NCBI GenBank assembly: GCA_032249095.1
Contig: JAVVGN010000024.1
Location: 1 to 23,822, forward strand
Reading direction: 5' to 3'
Length of the DNA: 23,822 nucleotides
Source: Candidatus Caldarchaeales archaeon
Lineage (GTDB): Archaea; Thermoproteota; Nitrososphaeria_A; Caldarchaeales; Calditenuaceae
Shown here: positions 8,276 to 16,754 of the stretch, piece after piece
Layout: the number at the start of each line of letters is the position of its first letter
How positions within the stretch are numbered: the first letter of the stretch is position 1
Notes under the pieces: model-generated
The model's database searches: none
Told to the model about the DNA's origin: nothing
The model's input: only the letters and a program-made list of their open reading frames with translations
Translations under genes and position numbers: made by a program

Positions 8276-8350
8276 ACTATACGCATACTCCAAAGTTCTT
8301 TCGCAGATTCATAGGTTAAGCCTGAGCCTGTACTTGGGGGTGGGGAAGGA

Positions 8351-9028
8351 GTGAGCAGATCTGGCGGTTCACCCGACAGGGGGGTTAGTGAAGTCTACTT
8401 AGGTATCGACCTAGCCGCATCTGAGGATAGGCCGTCGGCCCTCTGCGCCCTTTATCCGGGGTGGCGCCTCGAGTTCTGCGAGCTGCGTGGCGATGGGGAG
8501 ATCGTTGAGCGGGTCCTGCGATACTCTCCTCGATGCGTCGCGATCGACGCCCCGCTGTCTCTCCCGTCCGGGAGGTATGGCGCCCACTCTAGGCTCTGTG
8601 AGAGGGAGGCGAGACGGCTTGGGATCAGGATTCTTCCGCCGACGCTTGGACCTATGAGGCGGTTGGCCGAGAGGGGTTCCAGCCTAGCCTCTAGGCTGAG
8701 GAGGCTGGGGCTGAGGGTTGTCGAGACGTTTCCAAGCGGCGCCCAGAGGCTCCTCTCGATCTGGCCCGGTGGCGAGAGGTCGGCCGAGGGCGTCTCGAGG
8801 GGGCTGAGGAGGCTTGGACTCAGACTGCCGAGGGGCGCGAGTCTCGACATGGTGGATGCGGCGACCTGCTCCCTTGTCGCGTTGCTCTACGAGATGGGCC
8901 GCTGTATGGAGCTTGGAGACCCCTCGGAGGGCCTACTAGTCCTTCCCGCTAGAACCACTCGGTTATCGGCTCGTCGACACTCCAGTTGTAGGAGCATGAG
9001 GCGCAGTAGACGGTCCAGACCTTCCTGA
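8351..9028 (+). CDS. DUF429-like protein (RNase H-like fold)
   Basis: VYLGIDLAASEDRPSALCAL...VAIDAPLSLPS...CEREARRLGIRILPPTLGPMRRLAERG...LRVVETFPSGAQRLLSI...DMVDAATCSLVALLYEMG. The C-terminus overlaps the convergent gene. Confidence 0.75.
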   Translation: MSRSGGSPDRGVSEVYLGIDLAASEDRPSALCALYPGWRLEFCELRGDGEIVERVLRYSPRCVAIDAPLSLPSGRYGAHSRLCEREARRLGIRILPPTLGPMRRLAERGSSLASRLRRLGLRVVETFPSGAQRLLSIWPGGERSAEGVSRGLRRLGLRLPRGASLDMVDAATCSLVALLYEMGRCMELGDPSEGLLVLPARTTRLSARRHSSCRSMRRSRRSRPS

Positions 9029-9506
9029 CGTTGGCGTCGGGAGGTATCAGGGGTAGGACTAGTGTGCTTCCGCATCTGGGGCACGAGTCGCCCAGATACT
9101 TCCTCCAGACCTTTCTCGAGAGGGTTGTCAACGGGCCCCCGGCCTCCTCGCGCTCCGACACGAGGGCGAAGCCGTATCTAAGCAGAGTCTTCGCCTCGAC
9201 TGGCTGGTGAGTCGTCAGGAGCAGGAGCCCGCTCTCCACGAGAGCCCTGTTGATCTCGAAGAGCATGAGTCCCGACTCCACGTCTAGCCCGCCAACTCTC
9301 ACAACAGCGCCTACCAGGGACCCGGCCCTGAGAGGCATCCTTCCCGCGTAGAGCATCAGGGTGTGGCTATGCGCCCCATCCTCCTCGAGGAGCCTCGCCT
9401 CGACCGCGCCGGCCCCGCCCGCCTCGATGACGAGCATGGGTCTCCGTCCCTCCTGACCGGCGTAATAGTGGGCCAGCAGCTCCCTCTCCAGAGGCCTCAG
9501 CACCAA
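8949..9506 (-). CDS. Conserved hypothetical protein with C-terminal zinc ribbon
   Basis: C-terminal CPRCGSTLVLPLIPPDANVRKVWTVYCASCSYNWSVDEP is a Cx2C...Cx2C zinc ribbon. Confidence 0.65.
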   Translation of the reverse strand: MVLRPLERELLAHYYAGQEGRRPMLVIEAGGAGAVEARLLEEDGAHSHTLMLYAGRMPLRAGSLVGAVVRVGGLDVESGLMLFEINRALVESGLLLLTTHQPVEAKTLLRYGFALVSEREEAGGPLTTLSRKVWRKYLGDSCPRCGSTLVLPLIPPDANVRKVWTVYCASCSYNWSVDEPITEWF

Positions 9507-9631
9507 CCCCTAATACCTGCGCCCCACTAATCTACTCTGCGCACCTGTGCTGAGTTAGGTCGCAATCTTTTATAACACTACGCGCGAAGGGGATTAATAA
9601 AGAGATTTTGGTCATTTGTTAGTCTGGTCTT

Positions 9632-9758
9632 GGGTATCCGTATATTGTTGTCTGTCTCTCCCTCTGAATATTACCTCGTTTCCCCATGGGTCTAGCTGTG
9701 TTGGTATGTTTCCGTGTTTTATGCCTAGTGTGTGTCTTGGTTTAGATTTCTCCTTCTT
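9632..9758 (-). repeat. Small AT-rich repeated ORF, copy 2 (degenerate)
   Basis: Minus frame reads TKGIEREISLIKKEKSKPRHTLGIKHGNIPTQLDPWGNEVIFRG, then shifts relative to copy 1 (…TIYGYPRPD in the neighbouring frame). Confidence 0.7.
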
Positions 9759-9794
9759 GATGAGGCTTATCTCCCTCTCTATTCCTTTGGTTCT

Positions 9795-9871
9795 GCTTGA
9801 GCATAGTTAGTCTGGGGTTGGTGATGGCCTGGTTATTGGGGCCACTACTCCTTATATGTGGGGCCGGTGGG
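9795..9871. repeat. Copy 2 of the promoter-like intergenic repeat
   Basis: Inverted match to 7943..8018; contains TATA-like CATATAAGG on the minus strand. Confidence 0.75.
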
Positions 9872-9950
9872 GGGTTCCTATCTGAGCGTGTGATGGGGAT
9901 GGGGTTGGTGGTGACTGATTGGGGATCGAGGTAGCGGTGGGGGAGGATTC

Positions 9951-10171
9951 TGAACATCACTCCGACACCCGGTGGAGTCATGGTTGTTCAGAACGAGTGG
10001 GATGGAAGGCTGAGGACTTGGATGATACCCTCCATCGAGACGCTTAGGTGTCTGATATACGAGGCCACGGCGGGAGAAACACCGCCTAGAATCTACCACC
10101 CAACACCACTCAACTCGATAGTCCTAGAGAGGGAGCAGGTGGAGAGGCTCCACATAGTTGCAAGGCCATAA
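9951..10171 (+). pseudogene. Duplicated tail of the DUF996-like membrane protein, without its membrane domain
   Basis: LNITPTPGGVMVVQNEWDGRLRTWMIPSIETLRCLIYEATAGETPPRIYHPTPLNSIVLEREQVERLHIVARP* is nearly identical to the C-terminus of the 388..843 protein. Confidence 0.7.
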
Positions 10172-10203
10172 GAGATAAAGACACAGAATAAGGAGGTGGA
10201 TAA

Positions 10204-10628
10204 GTGGTAGGTAGGGTCTTCGTAGACTTCGGACGTGGGAGGCTCTATGCTCTCCCAGAGGATGGTCAGGAGGTGGTGGTCTTCAACGACTTCCTAGAGA
10301 TGTTTGGGAAGTTGAGGCCGAGGGTTGTGGTTGCTGATAGTTATCCGAGGAAGCTCCTGACTTATTCCAGCCGCTCTATGCTTCGTCGTTGGAGCTTGAG
10401 GTTAGGGCTCTGGCGGAGCTTTGGGTGGAGATGGCTGGGATAAAGAAAATGGTAAAGCATACGCGTACTGTAACGGCGAGCCCGTTAGCAGCCGAGGCCC
10501 ACAAAGTACTTCAACGCTACGCCGACAGGCTGGGGCGTGGCCTCCTCCATCTCCCTTCCAGCCCTCTGGGTCTCTCTAACGTCTGGCTGGAGAAGCCCAA
10601 CCCTCCCCCCTCTTTCCCATACTCATGA
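10204..10628 (+). pseudogene. Possible IS110-like / RNase H-fold transposase remnant, frameshifted
   Basis: MVGRVFVDFGRGRLYALPEDGQEVVVFNDFLEMFGKLRPRVVVADSYPRKLL, then a second frame LELEVRALAELWVEMAGIKKMVKHTRT. The two ORFs overlap in different frames. Family call is tentative. Confidence 0.3.
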
Positions 10629-10649
10629 AGCCTCTTTCACCTAACTACT

Positions 10650-10793
10650 CTACTCTCCCCAGTCCTCCCCCACTTCCTCAGCCAGCCTACTAATAGAGCC
10701 CGTATACCCGCCGGGTATAACCCTCTTCCTGCCCCTCTCATCGATGACGACGATCCTCTTCTTACACTCAACATTCCTCCCTCGACGAGCCAT
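10650..10793 (-). CDS. Small basic protein (47 aa), absent from the supplied ORF track
   Basis: ATG at 10793: MARRGRNVECKKRIVVIDERGRKRVIPGGYTGSISRLAEEVGEDWGE*. 144 nt, well-formed frame. Confidence 0.45.
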   Translation of the reverse strand: MARRGRNVECKKRIVVIDERGRKRVIPGGYTGSISRLAEEVGEDWGE

Positions 10794-10879
10794 AAAAGTG
10801 CGCTGGGGCCATGAAAATAATTACCTAAACTATAGGCGTCCTTACGCTTCCGGCCCCCTCGTCCTATTTCTGGGCGCCT

Positions 10880-11377
10880 CTATTGGCCACCCATGTGCTC
10901 CCCATGGTGGTCCGCCCCGGGTACTTCCAGCTCCTGCTCCGCCGCCTCAAACTCTAGACTGCTACCATTCTCGAGATAGAGCCGTATCCTGACCTTCTTG
11001 ATATCGTCTGGGAGCTTGCCGAGGATCATGAGGTGATAGCCGTCGCCCTCGATGCCCAGCGCCTTCACCTCACCTCCGCCGGGGACGCAGATCTTGCTCA
11101 CAGGGACCATGGCCACCTTCCCCTCACGGACCTCAGTCTTGTGGAGCTCGACGCGGAAACCCGGTACATCCACCATCTCAGCCGCCACGATGCAACTCTC
11201 AAGCAGGCCGTGGTTATGCGCTATAAAGAACACGCCTGAGGACGCGGTGCCGCGCCTCAGGAAGGGGGAGTGAACCTCGATCTTTGGAGCCGCGAGGGTT
11301 GTGTATACGAGGACGCCGACGGCGGTCAGCGAGGCCGCGACTACCACAACAACAGCGAGGTACAGCGCCCTAACCAA
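10880..11377 (-). CDS. PCu(A)C-family periplasmic/extracytoplasmic copper chaperone
   Basis: N-terminal membrane anchor, SSGVFFIAHNHG, VELHKTEVREGKVAMVPVSKICVPGGGEVKALGIEGDGYHLMILGKLP, and a His/Met-rich C-terminus DHHGEHMGG. Confidence 0.8.
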   Translation of the reverse strand: MVRALYLAVVVVVAASLTAVGVLVYTTLAAPKIEVHSPFLRRGTASSGVFFIAHNHGLLESCIVAAEMVDVPGFRVELHKTEVREGKVAMVPVSKICVPGGGEVKALGIEGDGYHLMILGKLPDDIKKVRIRLYLENGSSLEFEAAEQELEVPGADHHGEHMGGQ

Positions 11378-11460
11378 TTATCACCAAACCCCTGTGTGAA
11401 GGATGGCCTTTATAAATATACATTTGTCTCTCTAACTCAAGAGAGCTTTGCGGCGGCTGC

Positions 11461-11775
11461 CTACCTCCTTGCACCTGACACATAGTCGGAGGGCGTCTGG
11501 ACCTTAACTGCGACGCGGCCGACGAGTCTGCTCTTCCAGCTGAGGTAGAGCTCGACCTCGGGCGTCGACTCTATAACCATGGCCTCGAGGGCGTCCCTAT
11601 AGTTTAGGCCGCGGGCCAAGAATCTCATGACCTTGTCGACGTGCTCCTCCCAAGAGTCGTGGTGGGGCGGGAAAAGGATTGTGTGCTCCTCGCTCCTTAG
11701 GTAGCTGAGGTAGAGGTCGCGGCCGCTCCTCTCGCCGACGCGTCTCGAGACCATGCCGAGTAGGTCTAGGAGCAT
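11461..11775 (-). CDS. Conserved hypothetical protein
   Basis: 104-aa ORF MLLDLLGMVSRRVGERSGRDLYLSYLRSEEHTILFPPHHDSWEEHVDKVMRFLARGLNYRDAL..., with protein-like composition. Confidence 0.45.
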   Translation of the reverse strand: MLLDLLGMVSRRVGERSGRDLYLSYLRSEEHTILFPPHHDSWEEHVDKVMRFLARGLNYRDALEAMVIESTPEVELYLSWKSRLVGRVAVKVQTPSDYVSGARR

Positions 11776-11909
11776 ATAATGGAGAGGGCTTTAGGCGTCC
11801 CCCAAAGCTTGGCAAGGTCTTCCTCGTTATCCCTCCAGTGGGGATCGCCCCTCAGAGATAGGTGGTGATGGCCAGAACGTCTGGACCCAGCGTTATCAAG
11901 CCCAGCAAC

Positions 11910-12173
11910 TCACTCTTCCAACACTCCCGCGCCCCTCTCCTCAGCCCGGAAGACTATGTCCTCGGGGTTTCCAGCCCTTCCGAGCCTGCCCCCAAGGTAT
12001 AGGGCCGTGGCCCTCGCCTCGGGTGAGGTATGGGAATACCGCGCGAGAAGCATCCTTATCGCGTCGCTGACGGCCTCGCTCCGGTTTCTGAAGAGCCCCT
12101 CTTGGCACAGCTCGTCAATCCTCCTCACGAGGGCCGAGCTGATCCTGACCTGAAGGAGCACCATGTCGGCCAT
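11910..12173 (-). CDS. Ribbon-helix-helix (CopG/RHH) transcriptional regulator; internal Met at 12173 preferred as start
   Basis: MADMVLLQVRISSALVRRIDELCQEGLFRNRSEAVSDAIRMLLARYSH is a typical RHH domain. The longer track ORF extends into the adjacent IS end. Confidence 0.8.
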   Translation of the reverse strand: MADMVLLQVRISSALVRRIDELCQEGLFRNRSEAVSDAIRMLLARYSHTSPEARATALYLGGRLGRAGNPEDIVFRAEERGAGVLEE

Positions 12174-12235
12174 ACCAAAAAACCAAGTATGAGGATTGCA
12201 TGTTTCAAAATAAAGTTTAGGAAGGTAAGGCCTGC

Positions 12236-13073
12236 GGATAGTGTCCAAATAAGCATTTTTGCTCACCTCCCTGTCCTCGCGGGCTGATAGTATAGTGTGA
12301 ATAGGTTTAGGAATAGCTTTAGGTTGTTTATTTCCTGTATGTGGTTTCTCGCGCTCATCTTATGGTGGAATACTACAGTTCTATCCTTTAGGTATCTGAA
12401 GAGCCTCTCTACCCTGTTCCTCATGCCGAGCCTCTCATGCCTATACTCTAGGCCAAGCCTCTCAAATGCCCATCTATACCATGGTCCCCTGTCCACAACT
12501 ATGACTGGCTTACCCTCACATGAATCCAATACCTTCCTTAGGAACTTGATTGCGCTTGGAATACCCTCGACGCGTATACGGCCAATAGCTCGTTAGTATC
12601 AACGTCTATTTCGGCCCAAAGATAACAGGTCTGGCCACTCACCTTCAGGACAGCCTCATCTACAGCGACAAGCCTCCTCACCATTCTGGAAGGCCTGAAG
12701 GAGGAAGGGAACCTGTGAACCCACATCCTGACCGATTCCCTAGACGCGCCTGTGAGATATAGCCTCTCGGATAGATCCCTCAAGCTAAGACCTACTGCGA
12801 AGAGAAAGACGGAATAGAGCCTCTCAATAGGAGGGTACCTGTGGGATCGAAAGAGATCGGCGAACGAGTCCAGTACCGCATCGATGACGTGCATCATGGC
12901 CAGAGACCGATCCAAAAGGCTTAAGTAAAACTTGTCAGTATCTATCCGGACATTATCCGCGGCCCGATAGTCTCCGGATAAGACTTTGAATACCCTCAAG
13001 GATAGATGTTTTCCAGATTTAGTGGTTTACACGACCCCTTTAGCTATATAAACCCCTTATCCAGACACTATCC
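12236..13073 (-). mobile_element. IS6-like insertion sequence (about 838 bp)
   Basis: Terminal inverted repeats GGATAGTGTCCAAATAAG (12236..12253) and reverse-complement GGATAGTGTCTGGATAAG (13056..13073) flank DDE transposase fragments. No obvious target duplication. Confidence 0.82.
12263..12999 (-). pseudogene. IS6-family DDE transposase, interrupted by one frameshift
   Basis: Part 1: MRVFKVLSG...MVRRLVAVDEAVLKVSGQTCYLWAEIDVDTNELLAVYASR. Part 2: GIPSAIKFLRKVLDSCEGKPVIVVDRGPWYRWAFERLGLEYRHERLGMRNRVERLFRYLKDRT. Frames join by a 1-nt shift near TCGAGGGTATT. The D, D and E residues are all present. Confidence 0.85.
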
Positions 13074-13134
13074 CGCGGCCCTAGTGGAAGCTTTTTAAAG
13101 CAGGCGCTACATTATAATATTTTGAGCCTAAAAC

Positions 13135-13542
13135 TTGAATCGTGATTCTCTGAGGCTGGGAAAGCTCGAAGAAAAGGCTCTCAAGCTCCTTATACAGCAC
13201 GGAGATAGCGGGCTCCTCCAGTCGGAGCTCTGGCGAATGCTTGGCGTGACGAGTAGGGACGGGTCAAGGGTCGCAATAAAGCTGGAGAAGAAGGGCCTCG
13301 TGAAGAGGGTCAGGGAGTTCGCCAATGATCGGTGGACGATGAGGCTCGTCTCCCTAGTCAAGCCCCTCGGCCTTTCGGTAATCAAGGACGCCCCCTGCCC
13401 CGCATGCCCCTACAGCGACTTCTGCGGCCCTGGCGGAAACTACTCGCCCACCGAGTGCGTGCTTATAGAGAGCTGGCTCCACAGCGCCTCCCAGGCCAGG
13501 GCAATCCCCCAGACGCAGACACACGCAGCCAACACGGCCTGA
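13135..13542 (+). CDS. Winged-helix protein with Cys cluster, likely transcription factor E subunit beta (TFE-beta/hRPC39-like)
   Basis: Winged helix LEEKALKLLIQHGDSGLLQSELWRMLGVTSRDGSRVAIKLEKKGLVKRV plus C-terminal CPACPYSDFCGPGGNYSPTECVLIESWL (Cx2Cx5Cx10C, RPC39/TFE-beta FeS-like motif). Confidence 0.75.
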   Translation: MNRDSLRLGKLEEKALKLLIQHGDSGLLQSELWRMLGVTSRDGSRVAIKLEKKGLVKRVREFANDRWTMRLVSLVKPLGLSVIKDAPCPACPYSDFCGPGGNYSPTECVLIESWLHSASQARAIPQTQTHAANTA

Positions 13543-13666
13543 GGCCCCAGATATTCTCGGATAAGCGCGGTCTAAACCCTCCCTTAACGGGTTGTCAACA
13601 CAGAACTTTTGCTCGAAAATCGGTTTATACCCTACCCTTTTCGCATATTAGTTTTGAGCACGGGGC

Positions 13667-14302
13667 ATGGTTGCTAGCACGGTTGAAGTTTTTAACAGGC
13701 TCTGGGCCCTCTTCTCCAGCCTCGGAATCCTCGTGGGTGTAATTGTCATCTCGTACCTGAGCTATCAGGTCTATCGGAACAGGGCTAGGCCCGATAGGCC
13801 CGAGCCCGAGGACGCCCCAAAGCCGGGAGAGGCCCCAAGGGAGCAGGCGAGGGCAAGGAAGCTCCTCCTCTCGGTCGCTCTCAGCGCCGCGATAGTAATC
13901 ACGCTTATCTCGATGACGTTTATCTCGCTCGACATCCTCGACAAGCCGCCCCAGGACGCCTTCGAGGTTAAGGTCGTAGCGTTCCAGTGGGGCTGGAGGT
14001 TCTACTACCCGAATGGCTACGAGGCTGTTGGGGAGCTCAGGATTCCGAGAGGCGTGCCTGTGAAGTTCTACGTCACGAGCAGCGACGTCTTCCACAACAT
14101 GGGCATAATAGACCTAAGGCTAAAGACCGACGCAATCCCCGGAAAAATCAACATAATCTGGACGCGGGTCGACGCCCTAGGCGAGTACATCATAAGATGC
14201 TACGAGCTGTGCGGCGACGGGCATGGGGTGATGACCGGCCGCCTGATCGTGATGGAGCCTGAAGAGTTTAACGAGTGGTACTCCTCCCTCCAGGTGAGCT
14301 AG
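13667..14302 (+). CDS. Heme-copper oxidase subunit II (CuA-containing)
   Basis: VVAFQWGWRFYYPNG...FHNMGI...CYELCGDGHGVMTGRLIV. CuA ligands Cx3Cx3Hx2M are intact. Confidence 0.93.
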   Translation: MVASTVEVFNRLWALFSSLGILVGVIVISYLSYQVYRNRARPDRPEPEDAPKPGEAPREQARARKLLLSVALSAAIVITLISMTFISLDILDKPPQDAFEVKVVAFQWGWRFYYPNGYEAVGELRIPRGVPVKFYVTSSDVFHNMGIIDLRLKTDAIPGKINIIWTRVDALGEYIIRCYELCGDGHGVMTGRLIVMEPEEFNEWYSSLQVS

Positions 14303-14303
14303 C

Positions 14304-16631
14304 ATGGAGGCACATACGCTTCCCCCTGCATCGTCCATCAAGCGGTGGCTCTTCACAACCAACCACAAAGACATAGGAATACTCTACCTAGTGACGGCGA
14401 TCTACTTCCTCTTGGTTGGGGGGGCCCTGTCCCTTCTCTTTAGGCTCCAGCTCGCCAACCCCTCACTCAACGTCCTCCCGCCACAGGCCTACAACCAAGC
14501 CATAACGATACACGGCCTCATGATGGTGCTCTTCGTCGTCTCTCCCCTGGCCTTCGCGCTTGCTAACTATGTTGTGCCCCTCCAGATAGGTGCAAGGGAC
14601 CTCGCCTTCCCGCGGCTAAACGCCCTCAGCTACTGGCTATACCTCTTCGCCGGCATCCTAGTGGTCATCTCCTTCTTCCAGGAGAGGACCCTAGATGTTG
14701 GGTGGACACTCTACCAGCCCCTAGCGGCGGGCTTCACGCCCTACGTCGGCGTCAACACAGGGGGCCTAGGGCTCGCCCTACTCACCGCCTCCGTAACCGT
14801 CTCCACGATAAACTTCGTCGTCACGATCTTCAGGTCTAGGGCCCAGGGCGTCAGGCTCACGGCCCTACCCATGTTCACCATGACGATACTGTTGACTGTA
14901 CTGATGATGCTTTACGCCTTCCCAGCCCTCCTCGCAGGGATCATCATGCTGGCCTCAGACAGGATTCTGGGCACGGTCTACTTCACCTCCAATCAGGGCG
15001 GAGCCATCCTCTGGGACCACATATTCTGGTTCTTCGGCCACCCCGAGGTCTATATTGTTCTCTTCCCAGCCCTCGGAGTCATGGCAGACATCCTCGTCAC
15101 CTTCTCGAGGAGACCCCTCTTCGGGAGGCGCTACATCCTGGCCGCTATGGTGATCGTAGCCGCGCTAAGCTTCCTCGTATGGGGCCACCACATGTTCCTC
15201 ACCGGCATCCACCCAGACGTCAGGAGGGCCTTCACGGTCACGACTATCGCCATCTCCCTCCCCTTCGACGCCATCATCCTCTCCTTCATCTACACGCTCT
15301 CCAAGTCCAAGATCCATCTGAGGACACCCATGCTCTTCACCCTCGGATCCATAGCCATCTTCATCATAGGCGGGATAACAGGAGTCTTCCTCGGATCCAT
15401 AGCGCTCGACTACGTCCTGAGGGGAACCTACTTCGTCGTCGCCCACTTCCACTACACTATGGCGGGAGGCGCACTAGTGGGCCTGATCGCGGGGATCTAC
15501 TACTGGTACCCCAAGATGACTGGGAGGATGTTCAGCGAGACTCTCGGCAGGATACACTTTGTACTCGCGGTCACAGGGTTCAACCTCCTCTACTTCCCCA
15601 TGTTCCTGGCGTGGGAGATGCCTCGGAGGGTCCCTGTCTACGCAGAGCACCTAGCACCGCTGAACCAGCTGGCCACGCTCGGCGGCTTCATCTTCGGGGG
15701 CTCCTTCCTAGTCATGTTCTGGAACCTGCTCTACAGCCTCAGACACGGAGAGCCGGCAGGCGACAACCCGTGGAACGCCCCGACCCTCGAGTGGCTGACC
15801 AGGTCTCCCCCACCGCCCCACAACTTCGACGGCACGCCAGCGCTTGTTGATGGGAGATTCACCTTCCTGGCCGCCAACGGTGCAGGCCACCACGCGCACG
15901 AGACCCACCTAAGCCCCTGGCCCTTCATGCTGAGCCTCGCTTCCATGGTGGTTCTGCTAGGCCTGACGACACACATCGCGATAAGCCTGGGAGGCCTCGT
16001 CCTCCTCGCTGCATCGGTACTCGGCTTCGCCCGCGAGCGCTTCGTCAGCTACGAGCCGCCACTCGGGGAGCGCTGGCCCTTCGAGAGGGTGGACAGGATG
16101 AAGCTTGCCTGGTGGACCTTCCTCGCGTCGGAGATAGTGCTGTTCGGGGTCCTCCTCTCCGCCTACATCTACGTTAGAAGCGCAACACCGAGCTGGCCTG
16201 CGCCTGGTACGCTCTTCGACATATGGCACGGAGCGGTCAACACGTTCATACTGCTCACTAGCAGCTTCACCCTCGTCCTCGCGATAGCGGCCTCGAGGAT
16301 GGGGAGCAGGGCCGGCACGCTAGGCTTCCTAGGCGCGACCATGGCCCTGGGAGTAGCGTTCCTACTCAACAAGTATGGGGAGTGGGCGGAGCTCTTCAGC
16401 CATGGCGTAAACTTCTCGACCAGCATAGTCTCGACCAGCTTCTTCCTAACCACCGGAATCCACGGAGCCCACGTCACGGCAGGCCTAGTAGCCCTCGCAT
16501 ACCTCATCTCTAGGGCGCTGAAGGGGGCCTACGCCAGGGAGGGACACGAGACACTCGAGTACTTCGGATACTACTGGCACTTCGTCGACATCGTCTGGGT
16601 CTTCATCTTCCCCCTCTTCTACCTGATCTAG
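14304..16631 (+). CDS. Heme-copper oxidase fused subunit I+III (A1-like)
   Basis: 775 aa. ITIHGLMMV, IGARDLAFPRLN, FFGHPEVYIVLFPALG, GHHMFLTGIHPDVRR, VAHFHYTMAGG; subunit III part includes WWTFLASEIVLFG...HGAHVTAGLVAL...YYWHFVDIVWVFIFPLFYLI. Confidence 0.94.
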   Translation: MEAHTLPPASSIKRWLFTTNHKDIGILYLVTAIYFLLVGGALSLLFRLQLANPSLNVLPPQAYNQAITIHGLMMVLFVVSPLAFALANYVVPLQIGARDLAFPRLNALSYWLYLFAGILVVISFFQERTLDVGWTLYQPLAAGFTPYVGVNTGGLGLALLTASVTVSTINFVVTIFRSRAQGVRLTALPMFTMTILLTVLMMLYAFPALLAGIIMLASDRILGTVYFTSNQGGAILWDHIFWFFGHPEVYIVLFPALGVMADILVTFSRRPLFGRRYILAAMVIVAALSFLVWGHHMFLTGIHPDVRRAFTVTTIAISLPFDAIILSFIYTLSKSKIHLRTPMLFTLGSIAIFIIGGITGVFLGSIALDYVLRGTYFVVAHFHYTMAGGALVGLIAGIYYWYPKMTGRMFSETLGRIHFVLAVTGFNLLYFPMFLAWEMPRRVPVYAEHLAPLNQLATLGGFIFGGSFLVMFWNLLYSLRHGEPAGDNPWNAPTLEWLTRSPPPPHNFDGTPALVDGRFTFLAANGAGHHAHETHLSPWPFMLSLASMVVLLGLTTHIAISLGGLVLLAASVLGFARERFVSYEPPLGERWPFERVDRMKLAWWTFLASEIVLFGVLLSAYIYVRSATPSWPAPGTLFDIWHGAVNTFILLTSSFTLVLAIAASRMGSRAGTLGFLGATMALGVAFLLNKYGEWAELFSHGVNFSTSIVSTSFFLTTGIHGAHVTAGLVALAYLISRALKGAYAREGHETLEYFGYYWHFVDIVWVFIFPLFYLI

Positions 16632-16754
16632 GGACCGTTGGCCGCCATGCCTCTCTGCGAGAGACGAAAGAGCCCAGGAATTAATCCACAAGGCACAAAC
16701 CACTACATACTTAAATAAGGGCTGAAGCGCCTGGGTAGGCCGAGCTGATGCAGG

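Noticed and set aside
9616-9810. Plus ORF MLVWSWVSVYCCLSLPLNITSFPHGSSC and the minus ORF 8074..8286 as paralogous Cys-rich proteins
   Set aside because: They resemble each other only because they are antisense to the repeated small ORF. The opposite strand gives the more protein-like reading (WGNEVIFRG).
6899-10200. Whether the tRNA-Pro-adjacent region is a classic integrated element with a duplicated tRNA 3' end (attL/attR)
   Set aside because: No second copy of the tRNA 3' sequence (CGGTTCAAATCCGGCCGGCCCCA) was found downstream in the window and no integrase is present.
12030-12287. 85-aa plus ORF spanning RHH gene and IS end
   Set aside because: Crosses the IS boundary and is antisense to the RHH domain.
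12297-12596. Plus-strand 99-aa ORF in the IS
   Set aside because: Antisense of the transposase C-terminal half.
15179-15850. 223-aa plus-strand ORF inside oxidase subunit I
   Set aside because: Overlaps conserved catalytic motifs of the fused subunit I+III in another frame; His/Arg/Pro-rich shadow ORF.
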